Assembly (NCBI RefSeq): GCF_035084215.1
Contig: NC_090340.1
Span: 18,972,001 to 19,036,000, forward strand
From: Heptranchias perlo
Lineage: Eukaryota
DNA length: 64,000 nt
Reading direction: 5' to 3'
The position numbers and the translations under genes were made by a program. The first letter of the stretch is position 1, and each line of letters opens with the position of its first letter. The notes below the pieces were generated by a model, which saw nothing but the letters and a program-made list of their open reading frames with translations, ran no database searches and had not been told where the DNA came from. This document shows positions 38,416 through 51,171 of the stretch, in pieces.

Positions 38416-40626
38416 CACTGATTTCTAAATGAGAACCATACAAGACGGGACTAAATTGTGAATACTTGAGAAGCTTGACTGTTTTAAGACATCTTCTGAA
38501 CACCAAAGCAGCCTCCAAACAATCATTTTAAATATACACAGAAATAAAATTTCAGTTTTAGGAAAGGTAATGTGTAAAAGCAGGTGAATGATTCAAATCC
38601 GATTGCCTATTGAGTCCACCGTGTGACTTAAACTGAAGTAATATTGTGCCCTGTAACTCCAGCTACAGTAATATGAGCCTTTGATTGACTGACTGATAGA
38701 GTTTACAGTGCAGATATATACATCATATAAAATCTACCCACTGCGTTCTAGTGTTGCACAGAATATAATGAACCATGCTGAAAGCCACTGACTTTGATCT
38801 CTCAGCTCTGAGATATTAACCTTCAATAATCTCAATGTTAAGGCAAAAATATTGGGATTATTTTCTTATTTCTAGGCACTGTTGTAATTTCTGATCCAGC
38901 TGGCTGGGGATTGCTCTTGTGGCATAAACCAGTTTCTCTTTTAAAGCATTAAAGCTCTAAACCAGTGCCATGATCATAATGTCTATCATACTTGTATAGC
39001 AGGCTCCATTTCTGTCTGCAGGGATGGTGCCCCCCGCCCCCCCAATCAATGCACATAGTTTGTGGTTGCACCATTAAGCAAAGTTGCTTTCTCCCCCTCA
39101 ACGCTGAACACCATCTACAATTACATGCAATTAGCTGATGGTGCAGAATTTGCAATTCCACACCATCAGGATACATGGGCATCAGTGGGAGCTGTCTAAC
39201 AATTTGAGGCGTGCACCAATTCATAAGCTAGTAATTTTATCCCGTTCCATTTATGAGGCTTTTAAGCAAGACTAACGCTCTTGAAATTAGTGGAAAATGC
39301 GTCAGCTGTATTTGAGAGTGGCTTGGCAGCAGAAAGCAGGAGAGGGTAATCAACAGAGAAAACTCTGACTGGGGGCAGAGAGTAATTCAGTTCTGCAGAA
39401 TAAAATCATTGTTCGTTGAAAAGGGTTATTGGTAAGGAAAGATGTTGGGTTAATGTGTACATTTTGAGACACTCTGGCCTCAAAAAGACTTTGGTGCATT
39501 GGGGATTGTTCCAAGAAGAATGAGTGTGATTTGGGGCCTTAAAACTCTAGTTATGGAGAGGATGTGATCAATGTCTTTAAAACTTAGAGATGTAAGCAGA
39601 TTATTTAATTTAAATTTTGCAGAATTAGAGGTTGAGTCCAAAATTGACTCAGCTTGACTGAGGTTAAAATATTCTCATTTTATGCATACAAAGGAGTTGA
39701 TCCACGGTATGGATTCCCATCAGAAGCAATTAATACTACAATTGGTTGCTTTATTTAAAAGAAATACTAAAAGGAGTGGGACTAATTGGATAGCTCTTTC
39801 ATAGAGCCAGCACAGGCATGATGAGCCGAACGGACTCCTTCTATGCTGTATAATTCTATGTAGAGCCAAATGAATATCTGGTTATTTATGGACAGATATT
39901 AAACACTACATGGAACACAGATTCATATTTTCTGAGATGATGGTAATAGGGCTTTCAGTCGAATGCAGCCAGAGTGTAATAGTGTAAATTAAAATGCTAC
40001 TTTGACCAAATGTTTTGCTAGGTTACATTCTGGGCTCAGCTGTAGCTGTGGCTGTTCACTTTTACCGGGAGCTTAAATAAATCATAGTGCAAGCTGTACA
40101 TGGTCTGTGGAAGGATTGATCCAAATGGCACTTTCTCAGTCCATGCTCTCTGATCTAAGCTCTCTGTGTGAAGAAGTTACTCGTTAAATTTAGTTGATGA
40201 CTTTATCATTATGTCCGCTGGCTCGGCACAGAATACCTCCCTAAATCCGCAATAGTTGTTTCTTTTTATTATTTGAAAACTCTCATCCTTGTCCTCTCAC
40301 CTTATTTTTCAGACACAGGATTCCAATCCATCAGTGACATTTGCTACCAGTCCTGCGCACAGGGCCACAACTAGAGCGATATAGTAAAATGACCCTGTGA
40401 GTGAGCAGTGCAAGTTTTGTTTGCTGGTGTACTTTGTGCTCTTCAAGATAAGGATGTTCATGCTGGGGGGGGGTGGACATTTTTCTTGTAATTTAATACC
40501 AGTCCAATTTCAGTCTCTAGGCATTTTGATTCACACGGGGCCTCACACTTTGCCGGTATTCTTTTACAGTATTAAAAGGGATTTGCAGAGTGCTGTAAGC
40601 AGACTATTGCTGCCTAACACTAATGA

Positions 40627-40866
40627 GCTTTCGGAGACTTCCTCCTTCCTCAGGTAAATGTTCAGGAGCTCCTCGAAGCCTACGCATTTATAAAGCCTAC
40701 GCATTTATAAATGCGTAGGCTTCGAGGAGCTCCTGAACATTTACCTGAGGAAGGAGGAAGTCTCCGAAAGCTTGTGAATTTAAAATAAAATTGCTGGACT
40801 ATAACTTGGTGTTGTAAAATTGTTTACAATTGTCAACCCCAGTCCATCACCGGCATCTCCACATCA
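40627..40866 (+). mobile_element. Short Penelope-like insertion forming a hairpin, with 12-bp TSD
   Basis: 67-bp inverted arms 40626-40692 / 40706-40772; TAACACTAATGA at 40615-40626 and 40867-40878. Confidence 0.88.
40741..40777 (+). ncRNA. Minimal hammerhead ribozyme motif
   Basis: TTAC-CTGAGGA-A-GGAGG aag TCTCC-GAAA-GCTT-GTGA. Confidence 0.6.
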
Positions 40867-41114
40867 TAACACTAATGAAGCTATCGTCATTAACATCAGT
40901 TGGCAACATATACTATTTGTCATATTTATAACACAAAGGTTGTTACTCTGTCCCGTCATGAATGTGCTGAGTAAGAAAATATATACTGAAGAGATTATGT
41001 TTTGAATGAACCATTTAAAAAGTGCTAAAAGTATATACTTTTAACTGTTAATTCGGGACCAACTAAGTTTGGAAAACAAACTTCTTGCTAGTAACTGATT
41101 TGTTGTTGTTGGGT

Positions 41115-41321
41115 TCAGGTGCGCGGAGGGCCCCTCTCTCTGCCCTGGTGCTGTTTGAATTGCGGTGTTGCATAAACAGCCTTTCCATCTCTCTGCTGCT
41201 TTCTCGGTGGCACGTGGGGGCATGCTGATCTCTTGTCCACATGTTGGGGCTTTTTGACTTTCGCAGTGCTGGTGAAATCTATAGCAGTATACACCATCCT
41301 GTTAGCTGGTCTCTGCATACT
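41115..41321 (-). CDS. IgSF receptor terminal cytoplasmic exon with ITIM-like tyrosines
   Basis: Acceptor attatctcgcag, phase 0; SMQRPANRMVYTAIDF...KAVYATPQF...PPRT*. Confidence 0.8.
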   Translation of the reverse strand, partial: SMQRPANRMVYTAIDFTSTAKVKKPQHVDKRSACPHVPPRKQQRDGKAVYATPQFKQHQGRERGPPRT

Positions 41322-41394
41322 CTGCGAGATAATAGTATAAAAGAGAGTGATAAGATTTTGACTTGTAGACAACATTAAAATCCCCAGAGACAAT

Positions 41395-41980
41395 GGGGTC
41401 AATTTTCACTCCCTCATGGGGCCGGTAGCCTCACCTTAACCCCTTAACACCAGCGATGTGGCCGGCACCATTTTAAAAGGGGTCAACGGCCAGGTGTCCA
41501 TTGCGCCCACCTGTTTCAGTAGATAGGCCCCTTTTAATATGGAAATCGGGGTCCTGTGACTTAAATAGGACCCTGATTGCCATTTTAGGTAGTAACATTG
41601 TCCAAGCCTGCGCAGTGCAGGGTTCGACCAGTTCCACAGGCAATGGAAGAGAAGAGGCCCAGCAAAAATAGGTCTTGAATTATTTTTGTGGCAAGCAGGA
41701 GTGCACACAAAATTAATCTGGGCTGCTGCCCTCCCGGGACCCCCACCCTCTTCAATCGTGACCCCTGTTTCCCGCCCCCCCCCCTCCCCGACTTACCTTC
41801 CTGGCGCTAACTCCGGTCCGTTTTCCTTTACCGAACCTGGCGAGCTGTGTCGGAAGCCTGTCTGTCTCCCCACAGCCCACCTGGTGAATGCAGATGAGGC
41901 CGGAGCCTCAAAATCTCGGGGCCGCTTCGCCACCAGAATGGAGCGCGCTGGTCGGCCGCCCAAAGGACAAAATAGATCCC
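41395..41980. mobile_element. Degenerate MITE / non-autonomous DNA transposon
   Basis: Imperfect termini ggggtcaatttt / aaaatagatccc around a GC-rich body. Confidence 0.5.
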
Positions 41981-42174
41981 AATGGCTCTTTTCTCTGATT
42001 CGCTGATAGAATTCATTTTAAAAATGGTGATTAAGATCTAATCTTTATCGTAATTTATGAATGGCCAGTATCCTGCCTGGCTGACTGGTGCATTTTCCCA
42101 GGGCCCTATGTTGCAGCTGCCAGGAGGCTGATCATCATATTGGGGGAAGGAGTTACACATCTAGAGTGTTAACT

Positions 42175-43119
42175 GACCATATGACCATAAGACCATAAGA
42201 GATAGGAGCAGGAGTAGACCATTCGGCCCCTCGAGCCTGCTCCGCCATTCAATGAGATCATGGTTGATCTGATTTTTACCTCAACTCCACTTTCCCACCT
42301 TTTCCCCATATCCTTTGACTCCCTTGCTGATCAAAAATTTGTCGAACTCAGCCTTGAATGTGTTCAATGACTCATCCTCCACAGCTTTTTGGGGTAAAGA
42401 ATTCCAAAGATTCACAAGTCTCTGGGAGAAGAAATTCCTCCTCATTTCTGTTTTAAACAGGCGACCCCTTATTCTGAGACTATGCCCCCTAGTTTTAGAT
42501 TTCCCCCATAAGGGGTAACATCCTCTCAGCATCTACCCTATCAAGTCCCCTCAGAATTTTATATGTTTCAATAAAATCTACTCTCATTCTTCTGAACTCC
42601 AATGAGTATAGACCCAAACTGTTCAATCTTTCTTCATAAGAAAACCCTTCCATACCCGCAATCAACCTAGTGAACCCTCTCTGAACTGCCTCCAATGCAA
42701 CTATGTCCTTCCTTAAATAAGGGACCAGAACTGTACACAGTACTCCAGGTGTGGTCTCACCAGCATCCTGTACAATTGTAGCATAACTTCCCTGCTTTTG
42801 TACTCCATCCCCCTAGAAATAAAGGCCAATATTCTGTTTGCCTTCCAGATTACCTGTTGTACCTGTATGTTGATTTTTTGTGTTACATGTATGAGGACAC
42901 CCAGATCCCTCTGTACTGCAGTACTTTGTAGTATTTCTCCATTCAAATAATATTTTGCTTTTTTATTTTTCCTCCCAAAGTAGATGACTTCACATTTTCC
43001 CACATTCTATTCCATCTGCCAAATTTTTGCCCATTTGCTTAACCTGTCACTATCCCTTTGCAGACACTTTGTGTCCTCATCACAACTTGCTTTTCCACCA
43101 CCTTTGTATCATCAGCAAA
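42175..43119 (-). mobile_element. CR1 3' portion
   Basis: ORFs 42713-43003 and 42495-42695; repeated accataag tail. Confidence 0.88.
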
Positions 43120-43155
43120 GATTACAAATAAAGAAGGAAGAGCATTAATTCAGCA

Positions 43156-45301
43156 ACAGATCTAGCAGCTCAAAACTGGGCGTCCATGAGGCGCTGTGAG
43201 CCATCAGCAGCAGCAGCAAAATTGTATTCCAGCACAATCTGTAACCTCATGGCCCGGCATATTCTTCACACTACCAGTACCAACAAGCCAGGGGATCAAC
43301 CCTGGTTCAATGAGGAGTGTAGAAAAGCATACCAGGAGCAGCACCAGGTGTACCTAAAAATGAGGTGCCAACCTGGTGAAGCTACAACACAGGACTACAT
43401 CCATGCTAAACAGCGGAAGCAACATGCAATAGACAGAGCTAAGTGATTCCACAACCAATGGATCAGAACAAAGCTCTGCAGTCCTGCCACATCCAGTCGT
43501 GAATGATGGTGGACAATTAAACAACTAATGGGAGGAGGATGCTCTGTAAATATCCACCTCCTTAATGATGGCGGAGTCCAGCACGTGAGTGCAAAAGACA
43601 AGGCTGAACTATCTTCAGCCAGAACTGCCGAGTGGATGATCCATCTCTGCCTCCTCCCGATATCCCCACCATCACAGAAGCCAGTCTTCAGCCAATTCGA
43701 TTCACTCCACCTGATATCAAGAAACGGCTGAGTGCACTGGATACAGCAAAGGCTATGGGCCCCGACAACATCCCAGCTGTAGTGCTGAAGACTTGTGCTC
43801 CAGAACTAGCTGCGCCTCTAGCCAAGCTGTTCCAGTACAGCTACAACACTGGCATCTACCCGACAATGTGGAAAATTGCCCAGGTATGTCCTGTCCACAA
43901 AAAGCAGGACAAATCCAATCCGGCCAATTACCGCCCCATCAGTCTACTCTCAATCATCAGCAAAGTGATGGAAGGCGTCGTCGACAGTGCTATCAAGTGG
44001 CACTTACTCACCAATAACCTGCTCACCGATGCTCAGTTTGGGTTCCGCCAGGACCACTCGGCTCCAGACCTCATTACAGCCTTGGTCCAAACATGGACAA
44101 AAGAGCTGAATTCCAGAGGTGAGGTGAGAGTGACTGCCCTTGACATCAAGGCAGCATTTGACCGAGTGTGGCACCAAGGAGCCCTAGTAAAATTGAAGTC
44201 AATGGGAATCAGGGGGAAAACTCTCCAGTGGCTGCAGTCATACCTAGCACAAAGGAAGATGGTAGTGGTTGTTGAAGGCCAATCATCTCAGCCCTAGGAC
44301 ATTGCTGCAGGAGTTCCTCAGGGCAGTGTCCTAGGCCCAAGCATCTTCAGCTGCTTCATCAATGACCTTCCCTCCATCATAAGGTCAGAAATGGGGATGT
44401 TCGCTGATGATTGCACAGTGTTCAGTTCCATTCGCAACCCCCCAGAAAATGAAGCAGTCCGTGCCCGCATGCAGCAAGACCTGGACAACATCCAGGCTTG
44501 GGCTGATAAGTGGCAAGTAACATTCGTGCCAGACAAGTGCCAGGCAATGATCATCTCCAACAAGAGAGAATCTAACCACCTCCCCTTGACATTCAACGGC
44601 ATTACCATCGCCAAATCCCCCACCATCAACATCCTGGGGGTCACCTTTGACCAGAAACTTAACTGGACCGGCCATGTAAATACTGTGGCTGCAAGAGCAG
44701 GTCAGAGGCTGGGTATTCTGCAGCGAGTGACTCACCTCCTGACTCTCCAAAGCCTTTTCACCATCTACAAGCCACAAGTCAGGAGTGTGATGGAATACTC
44801 TCCGCTTGCCTGGATGAGTGCAGCTCCAACAACACTAAAGAAGCTCGACACCATCCAGGATAAAGCAGCCCGCTTGATTGGCACCCCCACCCACCACCCT
44901 AAACATTCACTCCCTTCACCACTGGCGCACAGCGGCTGCAGTGTGTACCATCCGTAGGATGCACTGCAGGAACTTGCCAAGGCTTCTTCGACAGCATCTC
45001 CTAAACCCGCGACCTCTACCACCTAGAAGGACAAGCAGCAGACACATGGGAACAACACCACCTGCACGTTCCCCTCCACGTCACACACCATCCCGACTTG
45101 GAAATATATCGCCGTTCCTTCATTGTCACTGGGTCAAAATCCTGGAACTCCCTTCCTAACAGCACTGTGGAGAATCTTCACCACATGGACTGCAGCGATT
45201 CAAGAAGACGGCTTACCACCACCTTCTCGAGGGCAATTAGGGATGGGCAATAAATGCTGGCCTTGCCAGCGAAGCCCACATCCAATGAATGAATAAAAAA
45301 A
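43156..45301 (+). mobile_element. Second-family LINE copy (paralog of 27345-29807)
   Basis: Near-identical RT text (NYRPISLL, MFADD) and the same gaataaaaaa tail. Confidence 0.92.
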
Positions 45302-45650
45302 GATTGTTATGACACTAAATTTTCTTCATCATTGATTTGGTTTCCCCTTCATTCCTGTTGCATAAGCAAGAAGATAAATTAAAAGTTGCATGATAGTGGA
45401 TGGGCCATGGGTAAAGCTGTAGTAATGAGTGGTTTGAATTAGAAAGGCCACAGGTTCGACCCCTGGCCTGTGCAAAGTTAGCTGATCTCTGAAGAGCAGC
45501 AGTTTTGCTCCAGTGTCCCAGACATTGGTGTGGAGCAAATTCAATCAGGACTGCTGCTACTCATTATTGAGAGTCAGACCTCTGTTGGAAAAGATGAGGA
45601 AGGGATCGAGTGTGGTGCTTTCCATAATTGAACAGCCTGCTGACACACAG

Positions 45651-46319
45651 GCCCCGATTTTAAAACCCCTCTCCCCCAACCCCCATCTCCCCTCCCACCT
45701 GGCAGAAACTGGGCGAGGGGAGGGGGGGGGGCAGTTAAAAGAAGGGCAGCGACTTACCCATTGTGTCCTGATATTAACCTGCAAGAAGGCAGCGGGGGTC
45801 CTGCTTTAAATGTACAGATCGAGTTCCGACGACAACAGGATCAGGATGACAATTTTAGTGGGAGGCCTGAGCGGGGAAGCAGTGACTGCTTCACCATCAG
45901 CCCAAATCTGCCGGGAGGTGGATCGTGGGCCAGAAGAAGCACAGGCAGGTAAGCTTTAAAATACTTTTTAGGTTTCCTTGTGGGTCAGGAGGAATAGGAG
46001 AGCTCCTCCAGTCCCCACAAGGAAACCTTGGGCTTTGCTTTCCCTGGGCTTCCCCCTGCCTCACACTCTTCACCACCACCACCACCACTTATCTGACTGC
46101 CGGTAACCTTTCCCTCGGGTCCCACCAGCGACCTCCTGCTCCCCGAATTCCCGCTCCCGTCCGCCAGCCAGGTAACGGATCTGGCCGGGTTTGGGCAGGT
46201 TTTATGGAAATGAGGCCCGGCTGTTAAAATCGGCCGGGCCTCAACGTCTTCATTGTTTCCAGGTGCCCTGTCTGCTTCGGGGCTTGCACGCATTTCCACC
46301 CCCGTTAAAATTGGGGTCA
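45651..46319. mobile_element. MITE / non-autonomous DNA transposon
   Basis: TIRs GGCCCCGATTTTAA / TTAAAATTGGGGTC. Confidence 0.7.
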
Positions 46320-46629
46320 TACTGCTGAGGCTCATGCATGCAGAGTCACTTGAAAAGGTACCAGAGGGAACCCAGAGCCTATCGAACTGTATCCCAGCAC
46401 AAGTTAGTACTTTCAGCAAAATGAGGAAAAATATTTTTTTATATATAAAAAATTCAAGCCATGTCTATGATCCAGAATGTACACAGTCAGATACAATGAA
46501 AAAGCTTTGCTGCGTGATCTCAATTTTCTTTTTCGTTCTCCACACTTAGGACATTTTATTCGAAACAAAACAAAACTCATTTTAAACAAAATTCAGAGCA
46601 GTTGATAAAAAGGATTTTTGTCAACTTAC

Positions 46630-46673
46630 CTGATTTTCCTGAACACGTCTTTCCTCTGCTTTTCTCCCTTTGC
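46630..46673 (-). CDS. IgSF receptor short juxtamembrane cytoplasmic exon (GKGRKAEERRVQENQ)
   Basis: Acceptor cttattctcaaccag and donor CAG|GTAAGT; phases 1/0 link the TM exon to the terminal exon. Confidence 0.8.
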
Positions 46674-47220
46674 CTGGTTGAGAATAAGTTAATAGTAAAT
46701 AATATGACCTTAAACAAATTCTGTGGCAGATAGGAACAGGTAGAGCAGCAAATTGCCTTTCAAAGTACCATTGAGTTTGACCTACAGCAATTAATGGAAC
46801 TATCTCAATTTTGCAATCTAGTAGAACACTATTAGAAATGTGAATGACACGGCCATATAACGTTTAAGAAATCCTGATGATTTGCCTGAGCAAATAAAAT
46901 ATTTTAATTTGCAAACCCAATGCGTACCAGAGGCATAAATATAACCAGAAATTTTCACTCTCAATCATTTCTCATCACATGCTCAATCAGAAACCAAATC
47001 TATAGATCAGTTCAGAACAATCTGACTAATATCAGTTGGAAATTAAATTAGTCTCATTAATTACTACAGTTAGTCCCAGCTAGTGGTCAATGCATCTAGT
47101 CTCAGTTATGAATTAATCTAACTAGGTTTAGTTATTAACTAACCTGCCTTGTTTGTTTACCTATCAAATTAGCTTCAACATAACTAACCGATCCCATATC
47201 TAGATCATGAAAGAAGGCAA

Positions 47221-47574
47221 GAGTGATCCCTAATATCTAGAATTGTGAGGGGAGGCGAGAGTGGTCCCTAATATCTAGATGGTGAGGGGAGGAGAGAGTG
47301 GTCCCTAATATCTAGATGGTGAGGGGAGGAGAGAGTGGTCCCTAATATCTAGATGGTGAGGGGAGGAGAGAGTGGTCCCTAATATCTAGATGGTGAGGGG
47401 AGGAGAGAGTGGTCCCTAATATCTAGATGGTGAGGGGAGGAGAGAGTGGTCCCTAATATCTAGATGGTGAGGGGAGGCGAGAGTGGTCCCTAATATCTAG
47501 ATGGTGAGGGGAGGCGAGAGTGGTCCCTAATATCTAGATGGTGAGGGGAGGAGAGAGTGGTCCCTAATATCTAG
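47221..47574. repeat. 37-bp minisatellite, about 10 copies
   Basis: Unit gagagtggtccctaatatctagatggtgaggggagga. Confidence 0.95.
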
Positions 47575-48120
47575 GAGGATAGTAATCCCTAAACTAGGTT
47601 GTGAGCTGATATAGTCCATGGCCTTTAGATATAGTGGGGCTGGTAGACCTTTAGCCTGGTGCAGCCTACGTAACTTGGATGGATAATAATGTAACTGCTA
47701 GTCCTTTGGTGCTATTGATAAAGTGCAGCATATAGTGTTTTAAACTGCTCTTTAGAAAATCCAACATGATGGAAACACTGCTGAGATAATGGAGAGTTGT
47801 CACAATCTTGTCTGTAGGCCTGCAAGGAAACATCAGGATGCCAAGGCAGCACAGCGTATCCCTCCTTGCATTATTTATATATACCACTCTTCTCCATCAC
47901 ATCCCCCAGTAACAGGACAGAGCTAGGCTGCAGTACTGTAGTGAGGAAGCTGTAATATTATGATAGACAATGCAATACATGATGTAAATGGCTCTGGCAG
48001 TGTTCCAGTCTTTTGCCTCTCTTGAAATAACTGAGATATTATAATATTTACTCCATTCACATGTCAAACTAGCAATTGAAGAGGTTGTCTAGTGATGTAT
48101 AGAAAATGCTGTATTATTCA

Positions 48121-48856
48121 CCAACAACAACTACTACTTGGATTTATAAAGCGCTTTTAACATAGTTAAACATCCCAAGGTGCTTCAAAGAAGCGCTTTC
48201 AAACAAAATTTGACACCGAGCCACATAGAGACATTGGGACAGGTGACCAAAAGCTTGGTCAAAGAGGTAGGTTTTAAGGAGCGTCTTAAAGGAGGAGAGA
48301 GAGGGAAGAGGTTTAGGGAGGGAGTTCCAGAGCTTAAGGCATAGGCAGCTGAAGGCACGGCCGCCAATGGTGGAGCGATTAAAATCGGGGATGCAAAAGA
48401 GGCCAGAATTGGAGGAGTGCTGAGATCTCAGGGTTGTGGGGCTGGAGGAGGGTACAGAGGTAGGGAGGGGAGAGGCCATGGACAAATTTGAAAACAAAGA
48501 TGAGAATTTTTAAATTGAGGTATTGCCGGACCGGGAACCAATGTAGGTCAGCGAACACAGGGGTAATGGGTGAACGGGACTTGGTGTGAGTTAGGATACA
48601 GATAGCAGAGTTTTGGATGAGTTCAAGTTTATGGAGAGTGGAAGATGGGAGGACAGCTAGGAGAACATTGGAATAAGAAAGACATGCATTTATATAGTGC
48701 TTTTCATGACCTCAGGTCATCCCAAATCGCTTTGCAGCCAATGAAGTATTTTTGAGGTGTAGTCACTGTTGTAATGTAGGAAAGTCTAGTCAAGTTTAGA
48801 GGTAACAAAGGCATGGCTGAGGGTTTCAGCAGCAGATGAGCTGAGGCAGGGGCAGA
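48121..48856 (-). mobile_element. L2 3' fragment with a nested SINE tail (about 48680-48782)
   Basis: Reverse complement of the L2 end at 29965-30710. Confidence 0.8.
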
Positions 48857-49056
48857 CCACAGAAGAGTATCAACGTCCCCACTGTTACGAAACTCTCCTC
48901 AGTCTTCACTGAATTTATTCCATTTTTAAATCCAGACTTCAGACAAACATAATTCATTTACAATATCACTTCAGTTCATTATAACTTGTATTTTTATAAT
49001 TTAAAATATATTGAAAATTCTAAATTTATCAGTTTAGCAAAATATGGTACGCTTAC

Positions 49057-49170
49057 CTCTGCTTACACAGAATTTACAAAGTATTGGTGTAATAATCAGG
49101 AGCAGCAGGAGGAGTACTCCACTCCCCATACAGACATAGATCCACCAGGGCAAAACATCTGATTCTCTCT
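49057..49170 (-). CDS. IgSF receptor transmembrane exon
   Basis: Acceptor tttgcattttgcag and donor AG|GTAAGC; phase 1/1; ERESDVLPWWIYVCMGSGVLLLLLIITPILCKFCVSR. Confidence 0.88.
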
Positions 49171-49757
49171 CTGCAAAATGCAAATACATCACTCAATGTA
49201 ATAGTTATATCAACCACAGGAAATGTGGGAACAATACAATACATGCATGTTTCAGTACTTAATTCAAACACTGATATACAAAGTAACAAATGTGATTTAA
49301 TCTGTCAATACCACATCCTGGTTAGTAAACATGGTGGTTACAAATAATACTTGTTTTAAACAAAACGTATGTTTGTAAAATTAAGTTTTTTTTTATTTGT
49401 TCATGGGATGTGGGTGTCGCTGGTGAGGCCGGCATTTATTGCCCATCCCTAATTGCCCTTGAGAAGGTGGTGGTGAGCCGCCTTCTTGAACCGCTGCACT
49501 CTGTGTGGTGAAGGTTCTCCCACAGTGCTGTTAGGAAGGGAGTTCCAGGATTTTGACCCAGCGACGATGAAGGAACGGCGATATATTTCCAAGTCGGGAT
49601 GTTGTGTGACTTGGAGGGGAACGTGCAGGTGGTATTGTTCTCATGTGCCTGCTGCCCTTGTCCTTCTATGATGTGGAGATGCCGGTGATGGACTGGGGTT
49701 GACAAATGTAAACAATCTTACAACACCAAGTTATAGTCCAACAATTTTATTTGAAAA

Positions 49758-49794
49758 TCACAAGCTTTCAGAGGCTTCCTCCTTCATCAGGTGA
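49758..49794 (-). ncRNA. Minimal hammerhead ribozyme motif
   Basis: Minus strand TCAC-CTGATGA-A-GGAGG aag CCTCT-GAAA-GCTT-GTGA. Confidence 0.62.
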
Positions 49795-51134
49795 ATGTCA
49801 GGAAATCCTTGAATGTTTCGCATTTATATTCAGAGAACAATACCTGGTGATTACAGATAATCTTTCCAACTGCCCGTTGTCAAGGCAATCAAAGTGTTCA
49901 GACAGAGAGGTGTTACCGACAGGACCACTGAATATACAAACGGCCAGAACACAAAACAGAGAGAGAGAGGGAGACACATCCAAAAGGAAGAGAAAGACAG
50001 AAAATGACCCGTTGAATTAAAAACAGATAACTTTTATTCGCTGGTGGGGTTACGTGTAGCGTGACATGAACCCAAGATCCCTGGTTGAGACCGTCCTCAT
50101 GGGTGCGGAACTTGGCTATCAATTTCTGCTCGACGATTTTGCGTTGTCGTGTGTCTCGAAGGCCGCCTTGGAGTACGCTTACCCGAAGATCGGTGGCTGA
50201 ATGTCCTGGACTGCTGAAGTGTTCCCCGACTGGGAGGGAACCCTCCTGTCTGGCGATTGTTCCGCGGTGTCCGTTCATCCGTTGTCGCAGTGTCTGCATG
50301 GTCTCGCCAATGTACCATGCTCCGGGGCATCCTTTCCTGCAACGTATGAGGTAGACAACGTTGGCCAAGTCACAGGAGTATGAACCATGTACCTGGTGGG
50401 TGGTGTCCTCTCGTGTGATGGTGGTATCTGTGTCGATGATCTGGCATGTCTTGCAGAGGTTGCTGTGGCAGGGTTGTGTGGTGTCATGGACGCTGTTCTC
50501 CTGGAAGCTAGGTAATTTGCTGCGAACGATGGTCTGTTTGAGGTTGGGTGGCTGTTTAAAGACAAGTAGTGGAGGTGTGGGGATGGCCTTAGCGAAGTGT
50601 TCTTCGTCATGGAGCATGGTACATTGGCGAGACCATGCAGACACTGCGACAACGGATGAACGGACACCGCGGAACAATCGCCAGACAGGAGGGTTCCCTC
50701 CCAGTCGGGGAACACTTCAGCAGTCCAGGACATTCAGCCACCGATCTTCGGGTAAGCGTACTCCAAGGCGGCCTTCGAGACACACGACAACGCAAAATCG
50801 TCGAGCAGAAATTGATAGCCAAGTTCCGCATCCATGAGGACGGCCTCAACCGGGACCTTGGGTTCATGTCACGCTACACGTAACCCCACCAGTGAATAAA
50901 AGTTATCTGTTTTTAATTCAACGGGTCATTTTCTGTCTTTCTCTTCCTTTCGGATGTTTCTCCTTCTCTCTGTTTTGTGTTCTGGCCGTTTGTATATTCG
51001 GTGGTCCTGTAGGTAACACCTCTCTGTCTGAACACTTTGATTGCCTTGACAATGGGCAGTTGGAATGATTATCTGTAATCACCAGGTATTGTTCTCTGAA
51101 TATAAATGCGAAACGTTCAAGGATTTCCTGACAT

Positions 51135-51171
51135 TCACCTGACGAAGGAGGAAGCCTCCGAAAGCTTGTGA
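51135..51171 (+). ncRNA. Minimal hammerhead ribozyme motif
   Basis: TCAC-CTGACGA-A-GGAGG aag CCTCC-GAAA-GCTT-GTGA. Confidence 0.68.

Noticed and set aside
47221-47574. CRISPR-like regular repeat
   Set aside because: Head-to-tail units with no unique spacers, in vertebrate DNA
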